Below are positions 47,372 through 58,300 of a stretch of 64,000 nt of DNA, one piece after another. Each line of letters begins with the position of its first letter. Position 1 is the stretch's first letter. Both the position numbers and the translations under genes were made by a program. The DNA is from a virus (Duplodnaviria > Caudoviricetes): the IMG/VR virus record IMGVR_UViG_3300042363_001486; one strand, 5' to 3'. The notes under the pieces were generated by a model. That model was not told the DNA's origin. It did not search any database and worked only from the letters and a program-made list of their open reading frames with translations.

Positions 47372-48750
47372 TGCAGCAATTCTTTTATGATGCCCAAATA
47401 CGCAGGTTCTTATTGCAATTTACTAGGATTTTCAGCAATTTTCAAATCGAATACGGGCGCACCAATTCCAACGACGCTGCCTTGATACGTGTTCCGGTGC
47501 GCTACGGGGACTGGTCGAGATTGGGTCAAACAGTGGTACAAGAAAATTCCTCTAGTAGTTTGCCGTCGACACCACTGATGACATTTTACATTACAGGCAT
47601 GAACTATGCTCGAGAGCGCCTGCAAGATCCGTATTTTGTCAGCAAAATGCAGGTGCGACAAAGATTTTACGACCAAAGCACTGCCACCTATGAAACCACA
47701 CAAGGCAACGCCTTTACTGTTGAGCGATTGATGCCGGTTCCTTATAAGATGTCGATCAGCTTAGATGTATGGACATCCAATACCAATCAAAAATTGCAGT
47801 TGTTTGAACAGATTTGTACGTTGTTCAATCCCAGTCTAGAAATACAAAGTACTGATAACTTTATTGATTGGACTAGTTTGAGTATAGTCGATCTAGAAGA
47901 TACTGTATGGACTAGCCGTACTATACCTCAAGGTACAGAAAATCCCATAGACATCATGACCATGAAGTTTAGTATTCCTATATGGATATCTAGCCCGGCA
48001 CGAGTTAAGAAATTGGGGGTTGTTGAAAAGATTATTGCGTCAGTATTTGACGCACAAGGCGATGCAGTCGAAGCTATTACCAACAGTGATCTACTGCTGG
48101 GTACCAGACAAAAGTTTACGCCTTTTAACTATCAAGTACTGTTGATCGGTAACAAATTACAAATTCTAAAGTACAGTGCAGTAGTCGACGAGCCCAATCA
48201 ATCTCCTGATCTACCAGACTCGCCACCCAGTAACGAATTTTGGCCTGCAGTGATTGGCATGTATGGCGGGTTTAGACCTGGCATCACCCAGATCAGACTC
48301 AACAGTCAGTGGGACGAAACTGTTGACATTATTGGCACTGTGAGCTACGATCCCACAGACGAGCGTTTCTTATTGTTTGATGTAGATCCTGATACCATAC
48401 CTCAAAACACATTGCCGCCAATTGACGCTGTGATTGATCCGTTGCTGAGTGGACCCGGTGCTGGGTTGCCTGCTGCAGTTGCAGGACAACGTTATTTAAT
48501 ATTGGAAAACATTGGCGATGCTGCAAATCCTGTTCCTGCTACAGCGTGGGGAGCATTAGTAGCCGCAGACAACGATATCATTGAGTTTGATGGAAATAAT
48601 TGGGTAGTTGCATTTGACAGCAGCACCGGAACTAATGTACAATACGCTACCAACATCACCACCGGTCTACAGTATCTTTGGACCGGTCAGCAATGGGTTA
48701 AGAGTTACGAAGGACTTTACGCAGCAGGCCAATGGAGCATAGTATTGTGA
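47371..48750 (+). CDS. gp15: Tail completion/sheath stabiliser (T4 gp15-like) with a C-terminal extension
   Basis: FYDAQIRRFLLQF..IFSN, VPVRYG, PVPY, QLFEQI..LFNP. Confidence 0.85.
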   Translation: MQQFFYDAQIRRFLLQFTRIFSNFQIEYGRTNSNDAALIRVPVRYGDWSRLGQTVVQENSSSSLPSTPLMTFYITGMNYARERLQDPYFVSKMQVRQRFYDQSTATYETTQGNAFTVERLMPVPYKMSISLDVWTSNTNQKLQLFEQICTLFNPSLEIQSTDNFIDWTSLSIVDLEDTVWTSRTIPQGTENPIDIMTMKFSIPIWISSPARVKKLGVVEKIIASVFDAQGDAVEAITNSDLLLGTRQKFTPFNYQVLLIGNKLQILKYSAVVDEPNQSPDLPDSPPSNEFWPAVIGMYGGFRPGITQIRLNSQWDETVDIIGTVSYDPTDERFLLFDVDPDTIPQNTLPPIDAVIDPLLSGPGAGLPAAVAGQRYLILENIGDAANPVPATAWGALVAADNDIIEFDGNNWVVAFDSSTGTNVQYATNITTGLQYLWTGQQWVKSYEGLYAAGQWSIVL

Positions 48751-49169
48751 CAGCAGTAGGAGTTTGGTTCTACAGTTTCCAAACTCAGAGATATCTTTAT
48801 CTCATGCGCAATGACATTAAGTATCCTATGACATGGGGATTGCCTGGCGGCAAAAGCGAAGCTGGCGAAACCCTGCTGGATACTATACAGAGAGAATGCA
48901 CTGAGGAATTGGGATTCATACCTGACTATCTGCATCTAGTACCGCTGGAGCAGTTTACCAGTGCCGACAATGCATTTGTATATCACACATTCTTTTGTTG
49001 TGTTGCAGATGAATTTCGCCCGGTGTTGAATCATGAACACCTGGGCTATGCCTGGATTGATACAGCATCTTGGCCCAAGCCCATGCACCCGGGACTTTGG
49101 AACACAGTGAATTTTGAAACCGTCAAACAAAAAATCGAAACAGTCAAAGAAACATTCAACAAAAAATAG
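48732..49169 (+). CDS. Nudix hydrolase
   Basis: GGKSEAGETLLDTIQRECTEELG Nudix box. Confidence 0.9.
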   Translation: MEHSIVTAVGVWFYSFQTQRYLYLMRNDIKYPMTWGLPGGKSEAGETLLDTIQRECTEELGFIPDYLHLVPLEQFTSADNAFVYHTFFCCVADEFRPVLNHEHLGYAWIDTASWPKPMHPGLWNTVNFETVKQKIETVKETFNKK

Positions 49170-50235
49170 CCTGTTGTAGTTGTTGTCTGTACAATTGTTT
49201 CCAGTTGGTATTCATCACCAGTTTAAAATTATGTTCTACCGCAGACTGTACTGCATCAAGTACAGTCTGCTGATTCATTTCACAAAGTCTATCAATTTGT
49301 TGTGCAGCAGCAGTCCATCTTTCGTGCGGATCTTCTATTAGGTCGTAGCTTTCGTCAATGACATTATCAAATGTACGAAATCCTAAATTTTTAAGGTGTC
49401 TTAGATGATACTGCCCGGCGAATGTCACAAATAGTCGTCGCGCCAGCATGGGCTTAATTGTTTTTTCTGTCACAAAAACAAAACTGTTGTCGGTGCAGGT
49501 TTCTGCCACTATCGAATACGCTGTTTGATTATATACTTCAATAGGAATAATGTAACAAATGTTAATCAATATTCTGTAATACTTGACCATGAGAGCAGCA
49601 AAAAGATCAGTGTCAGGCGGAATCTGATCTACGTCTACATCGTGCGGCCATCTATACCTACTGTCGTTAATATCTGATATTTTGATAGACTCAACTCGAT
49701 TACCGTAACAAGTTAATATGCAACGATCTTTGTGATATTTTTCTAAATGGTCTTTTACAAATAATCTGTGTGATCTTTCATAACCTAACAACGCATCAAA
49801 ATAATAAGGTTTAGATGATCGATATTCAATTTTTTCAAAGTAGTCAGCAGGAAGTTGTCGATAAAGGTCTTGCAGGTCTTTTAAAAAATTTTCATACTGA
49901 ACAACTCTCATGTGTTTTACCGCGCAGTTGAGTGTACCAGTTGTTAAAAAGGTAACATTGGGTAGGTCGTAATAATTGATCAGTTCGCCAAAGTTGTGGG
50001 GTGTTTCAGAATTGACAATAACCACACGTTGAGCTATCTTGACATATTCGGTAATCAGTTCTGGATTTGTCCTTAATGCAGCACTTTGAATAGAATCAAT
50101 TATAATTTTTTTGACCTCAGCAGGTGCTTGTTTTATATCATCAAGATTGTTGGTCCATGTGTCTATATGTTGGAATTCCTGTGTGTCAATGTCTATCCAT
50201 TGAATTTCTTTAGGAACATATATTAAATGATTCAT
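49156..50235 (-). CDS. Putative glycosyltransferase with a GT10-like ExT...TEK motif
   Basis: IVAET...FVTEKTIKP...GFRTF...IDESYD; paralogue of 17633..18607. Confidence 0.5.
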   Translation of the reverse strand: MNHLIYVPKEIQWIDIDTQEFQHIDTWTNNLDDIKQAPAEVKKIIIDSIQSAALRTNPELITEYVKIAQRVVIVNSETPHNFGELINYYDLPNVTFLTTGTLNCAVKHMRVVQYENFLKDLQDLYRQLPADYFEKIEYRSSKPYYFDALLGYERSHRLFVKDHLEKYHKDRCILTCYGNRVESIKISDINDSRYRWPHDVDVDQIPPDTDLFAALMVKYYRILINICYIIPIEVYNQTAYSIVAETCTDNSFVFVTEKTIKPMLARRLFVTFAGQYHLRHLKNLGFRTFDNVIDESYDLIEDPHERWTAAAQQIDRLCEMNQQTVLDAVQSAVEHNFKLVMNTNWKQLYRQQLQQAIFC

Positions 50236-50901
50236 TTATATGTCACAGTAAGTTACAAATTCTCTGTATTTGATGGCACGCACGTTGCGATTTGATCGCC
50301 ATGTTGCGGGCATATTGCTAGGAGTACCCACTAGAATAAAGTTAGTGGCAGAATAGGATTGAAACACAGTATTGAGATAGGCAATCCAGTTTTTATCTAC
50401 TGTGGGCGTTTCGTTGTTGTATCCCAAGAGAAATACTTCTTGGTGTCCATCAAATGCAGCCAAATAAACAGCCAAACTTAATTCATCTAACACAGGAGTA
50501 AATGGTACTAGATAAAATTGACCAGCATGCCTGATACAATTTCTAGCGGTGCTGTAAACAATATTGTCTTCACTGTAACCCGATTCAATGATTTTTTGTA
50601 AGTTATTGGATTCAATTGCCACTGTGAAATCCAGTTTCATATCTTGCCAAAGAACATTTGAACCATAGGTCTGTAGACGTTTTTTACCTAATAGCCCACC
50701 TTGATGTCTGGCTAAACGGCGATAGTCAAATTGATCTCGATCGATGCCGCTGCCTATCACAGCAGCACGACCCGATATGTGATGATTGTCAATGGGATTA
50801 GCGATCCATTCTCGCTTTTCAATCTTTTTGCCGCCCTCAAACTTTGTTTCTAACAAAACAAATTCACCTGGATAGTCTTTGCGATAACGTGGAATTAACA
50901 T
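50236..50901 (-). CDS. Hypothetical protein, possibly Maf/CstII-like glycosyltransferase fold
   Basis: AAVIGSG and LAAFDGHQEVFLLGY resemble the IIGNGPS and IYLLGFD motifs. Confidence 0.4.
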   Translation of the reverse strand: MLIPRYRKDYPGEFVLLETKFEGGKKIEKREWIANPIDNHHISGRAAVIGSGIDRDQFDYRRLARHQGGLLGKKRLQTYGSNVLWQDMKLDFTVAIESNNLQKIIESGYSEDNIVYSTARNCIRHAGQFYLVPFTPVLDELSLAVYLAAFDGHQEVFLLGYNNETPTVDKNWIAYLNTVFQSYSATNFILVGTPSNMPATWRSNRNVRAIKYREFVTYCDI

Positions 50902-50903
50902 TT

Positions 50904-51302
50904 TTATTTTAAGTTAGGCTTTTCGGGCCAAACAACATTTGTAATCACACCAACTTCGTCCACTTGCGGATCAATATTGGATTCTGTTAAGTCCCTGAGT
51001 GCCTGGCGATATGAATCCCATGCAGAACACCACTCTGCACCGCGCAATGCTCTTATATCGGCGCCTTGCGTCCAATCACAATGCATCAAAAGATAATTTC
51101 TAACTTCTCTAACTACCCGCATGGGTTCGCCTGCTTCGAGTTGTGCAATTTTTTCATCTAGTTCTTGTTTAGTAGGCTTGGGTATGTCTTCACTCATCCA
51201 TTCTAATGAATTGTAACTATTATCACGTACCACCCATTGCGAGGTTGGGTATAGAATAGATAGTGCTTCTGCATATCCATTAAATCTTCTCATTCCTATC
51301 AT
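50904..51302 (-). CDS. Tail fibre assembly chaperone
   Basis: RNYLL..CDWTQ..D, W..YRQALRDL, WPEKP. Confidence 0.85.
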   Translation of the reverse strand: MIGMRRFNGYAEALSILYPTSQWVVRDNSYNSLEWMSEDIPKPTKQELDEKIAQLEAGEPMRVVREVRNYLLMHCDWTQGADIRALRGAEWCSAWDSYRQALRDLTESNIDPQVDEVGVITNVVWPEKPNLK

Positions 51303-51303
51303 A

Positions 51304-51768
51304 TTAAGTTCCTATTTCGTAGAGTCTAAGATAATGCTGTATAGAACCACTATTATTGGTACCTAACCAAGCAGTTCCTTGATGTGCTAAACAGCTAGCA
51401 ACAAACGTATATGTTCCCACCGCAGCTGCCTGATGCACAAATGTTTTTTCAAAATAACCAATGTGTAAACTAGATGAACCTATATGTCCGCTGTACATCA
51501 CCTGAGATCCGTTGCACAATATTCTGTGATACACTAAACACCAGCTGCCTTGACCAAAATCATTGCGATGATTACACATGTATTCTACCATGATACGATT
51601 ATTGGCTTGACTAGTGGTAATTGATGTTGATAAAACATCAACCCAGGCCGCAGTAGTTGCTTGAGTGTTGACCGTTGTAGTGTTGTCAACAAATTGGATA
51701 ACGCTGTTTGGTATATTAATTCTACTGCCAGCGGCTGTAATACTCTTATTAGGGTAAATGATGGCCAT
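51304..51768 (-). CDS. Small fibre-tip/adhesin-like protein, paralogue C
   Basis: MAIIYPN start, VIQ, SITT..NNRI, LYEI end. Confidence 0.6.
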   Translation of the reverse strand: MAIIYPNKSITAAGSRINIPNSVIQFVDNTTTVNTQATTAAWVDVLSTSITTSQANNRIMVEYMCNHRNDFGQGSWCLVYHRILCNGSQVMYSGHIGSSSLHIGYFEKTFVHQAAAVGTYTFVASCLAHQGTAWLGTNNSGSIQHYLRLYEIGT

Positions 51769-52259
51769 TATACTGCAATCTCCGTGAGTCTTAGGTAAGC
51801 AATGCTGTCATTACCAACCCCGTAATTGAGTCCGTTAAAGCTGGTATTCAATGCTGAATAACTCCAACCTCTTACTTTGTAACTGTGTGGTCCTACTGAG
51901 CCGGGCTGGTGTCGACCCACACGATGTACATGTCGAATATTGTAAGTAAGCTCTCCGACGTATCCTGTATAGGTTATCTGCGTACCTGACTGAACATGTA
52001 CGATATCCATATAATACAAATTCCAGCCGCCATCGCTCCAGTCATTGGTTCGATTGTCACTATGATGCTCGATCAAGATTATGTTGTTGGCACTGGCAAG
52101 AGTGATAGCAGTACTGGTAAACCAATCTACAGGACTAGTGCTAGCAGTTTGCATACCAGCAGTTTGTACTGTATGAACTGTTTGAACGATACGACCTGGT
52201 GCAGATATTTTGTTAGAAATTTCGCTTAGTGTCTGGTTATTACTAAAATTGATGGCCAT
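51768..52259 (-). CDS. Small fibre-tip/adhesin-like protein, paralogue B
   Basis: MAINFSN start, PGRIVQ, AIT...NNII, LTEI end. Confidence 0.6.
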   Translation of the reverse strand: MAINFSNNQTLSEISNKISAPGRIVQTVHTVQTAGMQTASTSPVDWFTSTAITLASANNIILIEHHSDNRTNDWSDGGWNLYYMDIVHVQSGTQITYTGYVGELTYNIRHVHRVGRHQPGSVGPHSYKVRGWSYSALNTSFNGLNYGVGNDSIAYLRLTEIAV

Positions 52260-52735
52260 TATGCTGCAAACTCCTGTAATTTTATCACGGTTATCTGATC
52301 GCTAGCAGTGGCAGTATTCAAATAAAAAGTACCGTCGCTGGGATAATTATATCCTCCCAAAGTGTATGTTTGCGTAGCAGTTGTGCCAGGAGAGTCCAGA
52401 TATTGTTTTTGATACATGCCGATAACATGGCGCCATGTGCCGTTCCATCCGCCGCGAATTATCTCGGTTCCGGCTGCGTTTCTAAGAGCAATAATCCCAA
52501 GACTCCAAGAACCTTGGGTGCTGTCCTGCCTAAATGTAGTTTGTATGTAGATCAATATCTTATTGTTAGCGTTGGTTGGAGTAATACTAGCTGTACCTAA
52601 CGCATTGAAGGTCGCCCAGTTTTGAAACGCTAACGTTGCAGTGATTCTCTGCTCAACAACCTGCACCAAAGTACCAGGATAGGTAAACCCGGGCGAAACC
52701 TCGGATATAGTGTTGTTAGGAAATATGATGGCCAT
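52259..52735 (-). CDS. Small fibre-tip/adhesin-like protein, paralogue A
   Basis: MAIIFPN start, PGTLVQV, SITPT..NNKIL, LDSPGTT...TY, LQEF end. Confidence 0.6.
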   Translation of the reverse strand: MAIIFPNNTISEVSPGFTYPGTLVQVVEQRITATLAFQNWATFNALGTASITPTNANNKILIYIQTTFRQDSTQGSWSLGIIALRNAAGTEIIRGGWNGTWRHVIGMYQKQYLDSPGTTATQTYTLGGYNYPSDGTFYLNTATASDQITVIKLQEFAA

Positions 52736-54233
52736 ATATGTAATTATCTAAATTTTTTACAAATTCTGTGTTGTCGATGCTGTTTTTGACTATTTTTTTC
52801 ATGTTAAAATCATGTACCATATAAACTTGATCGGCTAAGTCCCTGTTCCCGTAAAAATCCAGTTCTCTCTTTGCTATTTCAGGCGTTAGATGCCCTAGTC
52901 CAGCCATGACCCAGTTATATAAATCAGCACCGGCATATCCATGATATCCCAAAAGATCTGTTGATCTAATGTGTCGAGACTTTTGCATTTCCAGCAACTC
53001 TGCTACAACAGTAGTATGTGTTTCACCTGTGCCGATCCAACGCCAAAAAGCAGAGTCTGTTCGGTTACCGGTATAATGCATGACCAAAAAGTCTTTGAAA
53101 TCGTCGTACATTTTGGCTACGCGACGATTGTAAGTGGCTTCGCTTCCTATGTTACAAGTCAACGCTTGTGTGTCTCGCAAGTATTCAAATACAAAATACT
53201 GTAGTTGAATAATGGTGCTGTGTATGCTGGTAGCTTCTAACGGCTCAGCAAAAGCAGCAGACAATCCTATCCACAAACAATTTTTTATCCAAGCTCGTTC
53301 AGTACGCCCAGTGTCAAACTTTAAAAATCTAATTGGGTCAATTTTACGTCCTAGTGCAGTTTCAATTTCTTGTTGCGCTTGTTCGTGTGTTATGAAATTA
53401 TCATCAAACACATACCCACAACCTTTACGAGCTTGAGTAGGAATTTGCCACATCCATCCTGCTGTTTGAGCCCAGGCAGTGGTAACAGGTGATATTTTTT
53501 CGTTTTCGTCGTAGGGCAAAAGAAAAGGCATTGCTGTATTGACTGGAAGATTTTTACTGTAGCTGTGCCAGGAATTTTCCATTGGTTTTAAAAATACTCT
53601 GGCAAATCCTGTAGAGTCAATGAAAAAATCTCCTTCTACAGTTAATCCATCAGAACAGGTTACACTTTTAGCATATCCTCGCTCGTCAAGATTTACTTGG
53701 TTGATTTCTGTATCGATATGATACACCTTATCTCCGCAGACTTTTTTAAAGTATTTGCCAACTAAGTGTGCATCAAAATGATAAGCATGACTGTGCATAT
53801 TAGACAACTTATTTTCATTGTCTAAAGAAAAAGACGAAGAACTGTTTTCAATTAGGTAACCGTTAATACTACTAGCATGAACAGGGAGACCGTCAATTAT
53901 AGACTTCAACAACATGTAATCGCACAAACCATTGCTGTTTGTGCCATCAATGGGACCAATATATTCGTGTCCTAGTTGTTTCCAATCTTGATGTTTAATA
54001 CCTAATTTTACAGTGGCACCAGTTTCTTTAAGAAAATCTATTTCGTTACATCCGTAATTCCAAGTATTACCTTGAACAATGTCTGTTAAGTATCCAGTGG
54101 ATCCTTCACCTGCGCCGACAATACCAATTCGGCTGGATTCAATAACTGTCACAGTGTGAGTGGGCTGTACTTTTGATATCATGAGTGCAGCAAGCCAGCC
54201 TGCTGTGCCGCCACCGCAAATTACAATTTTCAT
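52716..54233 (-). CDS. Flavin-dependent (tryptophan-type) halogenase
   Basis: GGGTAGW FAD motif, GAGEGS, catalytic Lys in TVKLGI, WMWQIP (WxWxIP), FAEPLEATSI. Confidence 0.9.
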   Translation of the reverse strand: MKIVICGGGTAGWLAALMISKVQPTHTVTVIESSRIGIVGAGEGSTGYLTDIVQGNTWNYGCNEIDFLKETGATVKLGIKHQDWKQLGHEYIGPIDGTNSNGLCDYMLLKSIIDGLPVHASSINGYLIENSSSSFSLDNENKLSNMHSHAYHFDAHLVGKYFKKVCGDKVYHIDTEINQVNLDERGYAKSVTCSDGLTVEGDFFIDSTGFARVFLKPMENSWHSYSKNLPVNTAMPFLLPYDENEKISPVTTAWAQTAGWMWQIPTQARKGCGYVFDDNFITHEQAQQEIETALGRKIDPIRFLKFDTGRTERAWIKNCLWIGLSAAFAEPLEATSIHSTIIQLQYFVFEYLRDTQALTCNIGSEATYNRRVAKMYDDFKDFLVMHYTGNRTDSAFWRWIGTGETHTTVVAELLEMQKSRHIRSTDLLGYHGYAGADLYNWVMAGLGHLTPEIAKRELDFYGNRDLADQVYMVHDFNMKKIVKNSIDNTEFVKNLDNYIYGHHIS

Positions 54234-54258
54234 TATTGACCTTTAGCTAAAACAATAT

Positions 54259-55377
54259 CTATGACTTTTTATTCAGGTCATTAATTTTTGGCGTTGCTGT
54301 TGTTGGGTCAACCTCAGTTAAATTAAATTTGTAAACCTTGTCACGTTTGTTGTTGTACAAGAATAAGTCATCTTCACCTTCAACAATGGTCCAGTCACCG
54401 ATTCCGTTATTTAAGTGCAAGTCCTGGGTGTAAATATTTCTCCAACGCAAGCTAGAAGTTCCTAAATCAAGAGAGTTATTAACCTGAGGATTTATATGGG
54501 CTCCCGAAACAATAGTTCCTGCACCAGAATTAATCTGAAACAAAGATGCAGCGGCAGTGGCTGTACCAAAATGGAATCCGATAGTATCACCGCCACCGGT
54601 ACCGGATGAGCCTTGAAAATAACTTATTCCGTATCCATCAGCATTACCAAATCTCCAAATTGGATTTCTCGCTCCCGCAGCGTAGGTGGTACTTGAAAAT
54701 CCGCCAGCACCAGATGCAGACACAGTAGATCCCGAAGTCACTGTTCCTGTAACAGACAAGCTCGAAAGAGTGCCGACTGAAGTAATATTAGGTTGTGCTG
54801 CTGTGGTCACAGTTGCAGCCGTAGTAGCTGCTCCTGATACTGTAATAGTATAGGTTCCACTGAGTCTTGCTGCAGGTAATGTTCCGCTGGCAATATTGCT
54901 GGCGTTAATAGCGGTTAACGCTGCTCCATTGCCTAATACATTAGTAAAATCGCCGTTGGTTCCGGATACTCTGGTACCGTCAACATTACCAGAAGTAATA
55001 TTACCTGTCACTGCTAAACTGGTCAGAGTACCAACACCGGTAATGTTGGGCTGTGCTGCTGTGGTCACCGTGCCGGCGGTTGTGGCTGCGCCAGATACTG
55101 TAATGGTATATGTTCCACTCAATCGATCTGCTGGCAATGTACCCGACGCAATATTACTGGCGTTAATTGCTGTCAGTGCATGCGCTGCGCCGCTTACATT
55201 AGTAAATGCTCCTGTTGCTCCTGTTATTGTACCCGAAGCGCCAATATCAGTTACAGTTAAACTAATAGACTGAGCTTGTGTTGCTACTTGCCAAACACCA
55301 ATACTGGTATTGTAAGTATATATTATTCCATTAACTGTTGTTTGTTGGCCGTTTGTAGGATTGGTTGGAAATGACAT
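54259..55377 (-). CDS. Tail fibre protein
   Basis: FPTNPTNG N-terminus, TTAAQPNITxVGTL repeats, DLGTSSLRWRNIY, C-terminal WTIVEGEDDLFL domain. Confidence 0.75.
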   Translation of the reverse strand: MSFPTNPTNGQQTTVNGIIYTYNTSIGVWQVATQAQSISLTVTDIGASGTITGATGAFTNVSGAAHALTAINASNIASGTLPADRLSGTYTITVSGAATTAGTVTTAAQPNITGVGTLTSLAVTGNITSGNVDGTRVSGTNGDFTNVLGNGAALTAINASNIASGTLPAARLSGTYTITVSGAATTAATVTTAAQPNITSVGTLSSLSVTGTVTSGSTVSASGAGGFSSTTYAAGARNPIWRFGNADGYGISYFQGSSGTGGGDTIGFHFGTATAAASLFQINSGAGTIVSGAHINPQVNNSLDLGTSSLRWRNIYTQDLHLNNGIGDWTIVEGEDDLFLYNNKRDKVYKFNLTEVDPTTATPKINDLNKKS

Positions 55378-58300
55378 TAGAATCTTCCTATAACTACTTC
55401 GATTAATCGAACGCTGTTGTCAGCAATGTCTTCAAGGCTTTTGCCAACGATACATCCAGGTTCGTATTCTGCTGATTTCATTCGTCCTCCAATACCGCAG
55501 CGGATATTGACAATTCTGTCGCCTTTGGTTACAGGACCTTGTACCCAGCAAGGAACACGGCCAGTTAAAGCTACTGCCGCAACCGACTCACCTGTCAATC
55601 CAGAATTCATCAAGTAACTGGGATTGGTAGAAACAACGCCTGCTACTCTAGTATCATGGCTGATGTCACTGACTGTAACTTCTGCCGATCCGCCAAACAC
55701 AACTACAGTACCAGGGTTGTATTCAGCATCTGCTTGATAATTTTCTGCCAAGTCGGCGTATTGTGCTGAAGTAGCTTTGGCAAATACTGTATTGAAATAT
55801 GTAGACGTACTGCCAATGTTACCGACGCCGTTAGATCCTGAATTAACAATAGCTATTGGATTGTTTGCGGCATTGATTCTTAGTTGTCCATAAAAATGGG
55901 CCCACTTGTCAGTTCCAGTGTTATTAGAGCCTGCATTCAAATAAAAATCTACTACGTTGTTTTCATCTTCTACGTAGATTGGATAGACATTGTCTCCACT
56001 GTCGTTGCTGTAGTCTGCAATGTGCAATATAACAGCGTTGCCAGAGTTATAAGGTTGGTTGTAGTTTCCGCCAATAACTAAAGATTTTTGAAAATCAGAT
56101 ACTAAACTACCTGCAGTTCCGCCGGTGTATCCGCGAATCGTCACTGCTGAATTTGCTGCTATTGTACTCCCGGCAAGCACAACATTTCCACTGGCTACAA
56201 CTCCAGTAGTAATAACATTTCCACCGGTGATATTGCCAGTAACAGCTAACGAAGTTAATGTACCGACACTAGTAACATTAGGCTGGGCTGCTGTTGTTAA
56301 TGTACCGCCTACATTGGTAAATGTACCGTTGGTTGAAAATACTGTGTTAAAATATCCGGTGGCAGAGCCAAGATTACCAGATCCGTTTGCACCACCGCTT
56401 AAGATATTACCAACAGTAAGATTACCAAAGCTAGTTGGAGCACTTTGATCAACCCAGGCATTTCCAGTACCGTCATTGATGTATTGATACTTCTTGTCAT
56501 CGTCGGTGTCGTACCAAAAGTCACCAGGATTGGGGCTGGACGGTGCTGTTGCACTAGTGGTCCAAGTGACTCCGCCACTGCTGGAAATGCCGGTCAACAA
56601 ACTTCCATCACCCTTAAAGAACGAAGCTGTTATATTACCTGTTGCAGTTACATTACCACCTTCGACATTTCCTGTCACTGCCAAACTGGTTAGTGTACCT
56701 ACACTGGTAATGTTGGGTTGTGCTGCGGTAGTTACAGTACCTGCTGTGGTAGCTGCACCTGAAACAGTAATAGTATAAGTCCCGCTTAACCTATCTGCTG
56801 GCAATGTACCAGTATCAATATTGCTAGCATTCAAACTAGTTAACACACGACCGTTGCCAGTAACTGCAGTAAAAGCACCTGTTGTTCCACTAACATTGCC
56901 CGTAGTGACATTTCCGCTGAAAGAACCAGTAGTGGCTGTAATTGCCCCAGCTTGCATAGATTGATATATAGCGTTGGCAAAGTCCACAGTGGTCGTGGGC
57001 TCTTCTACTACATTACCAAACAACTTCCAGGTGCCATCTGACGCATCACGTACCCAACCACCGTGTTGAGCAAGGCCATCATTGTAGGAAACAATCATTC
57101 CAAGGTCAAATAAATTGCCGGTGTTGTTGGCACCAATGAAGATGAGTGGATCACCAACAACCAAATCAGTAACATTGGCATAATTTAAATTGCCAGTGAC
57201 GTTGACGTTTCCGGTAATATCAACATTGCCAGTGTGTGTTGTCAGTCCAGTAACTGTTAAACTTGTTAATGTGCCAACACTAGTAATATTTGGTTGTGCT
57301 GCTGTGGTTACGGTTCCGGCTGTGGTAGCACTAGTAGCCGATCCTGCCGAAACAGCGTAAGTGGCATTGGCTACAGTGCCGGTGATATTAGACCCAGTGA
57401 TTGAACTTAGACTGCTTCCGTTTCCGGTTACGCTAGTAAACGAACCAATTGTTCCAGATACATTACCAGTTGTGACATTCCCCGATACTGATAACGATGT
57501 TAATGTGCCAACACTAGTAATATTTGGTTGTGCTGCTGTGGTCACTGTGCCTGCTGTTGTGGCGCTGGTTACTGAAATTGCATAACTACCTGTAAGTCTA
57601 TCGCTAGATAAAGTTCCAGAACTGATGTTACTGGCATTGATACCAGTTAATGCTGCTCCATTTCCTAATACATTTGTAAATGTTCCGTCAGTACCTGCTA
57701 TGTTACCGCCAGTGATATTTCCGGTCAATGTCAACGAATCACCGGCTGCACTGGTTATGACTGATTGATCACCGATTAATAATGTATTGTTGTTTGCTGA
57801 AAGAACTACATTTCCTAGATATATGCTACTGTTAGACAAGTAAATGTCTTTCCATCGATTGGTACTAGTTCCCAAATCATAAGTGATATTAGCTGAAGGA
57901 ATCAAGTTAGCAGCAAATGTCAACTGATTAGATTCAACAACAACAACATTACTAATTTCGCTGACACCTACAGTAACAGGACCGTTGGCAACATCTATAG
58001 AAACATTTGTAGTTCCGTTGTTGATGTTGGCAACAGACGTAATGATACCAGAAAGTTGACTGCCGTTACCTAAAAAATAATTGGCCGTGACATTACCCGA
58101 TATATCAACATTACTACCGTCGAATATAAAGTTTTCGCTGCCGGCAAAGACACCGGCATTGTTAAATTGTACTTCAGTGGTATTGCCGCCTGGTATACCT
58201 CCAACCGCACTAAATTCAATTGATTTACTGGTAGCATTACCGACGATAGTAACATTGTCTCCTGCAGTCAGCGTCAATACATCGTTTTGCACAGATGCTA

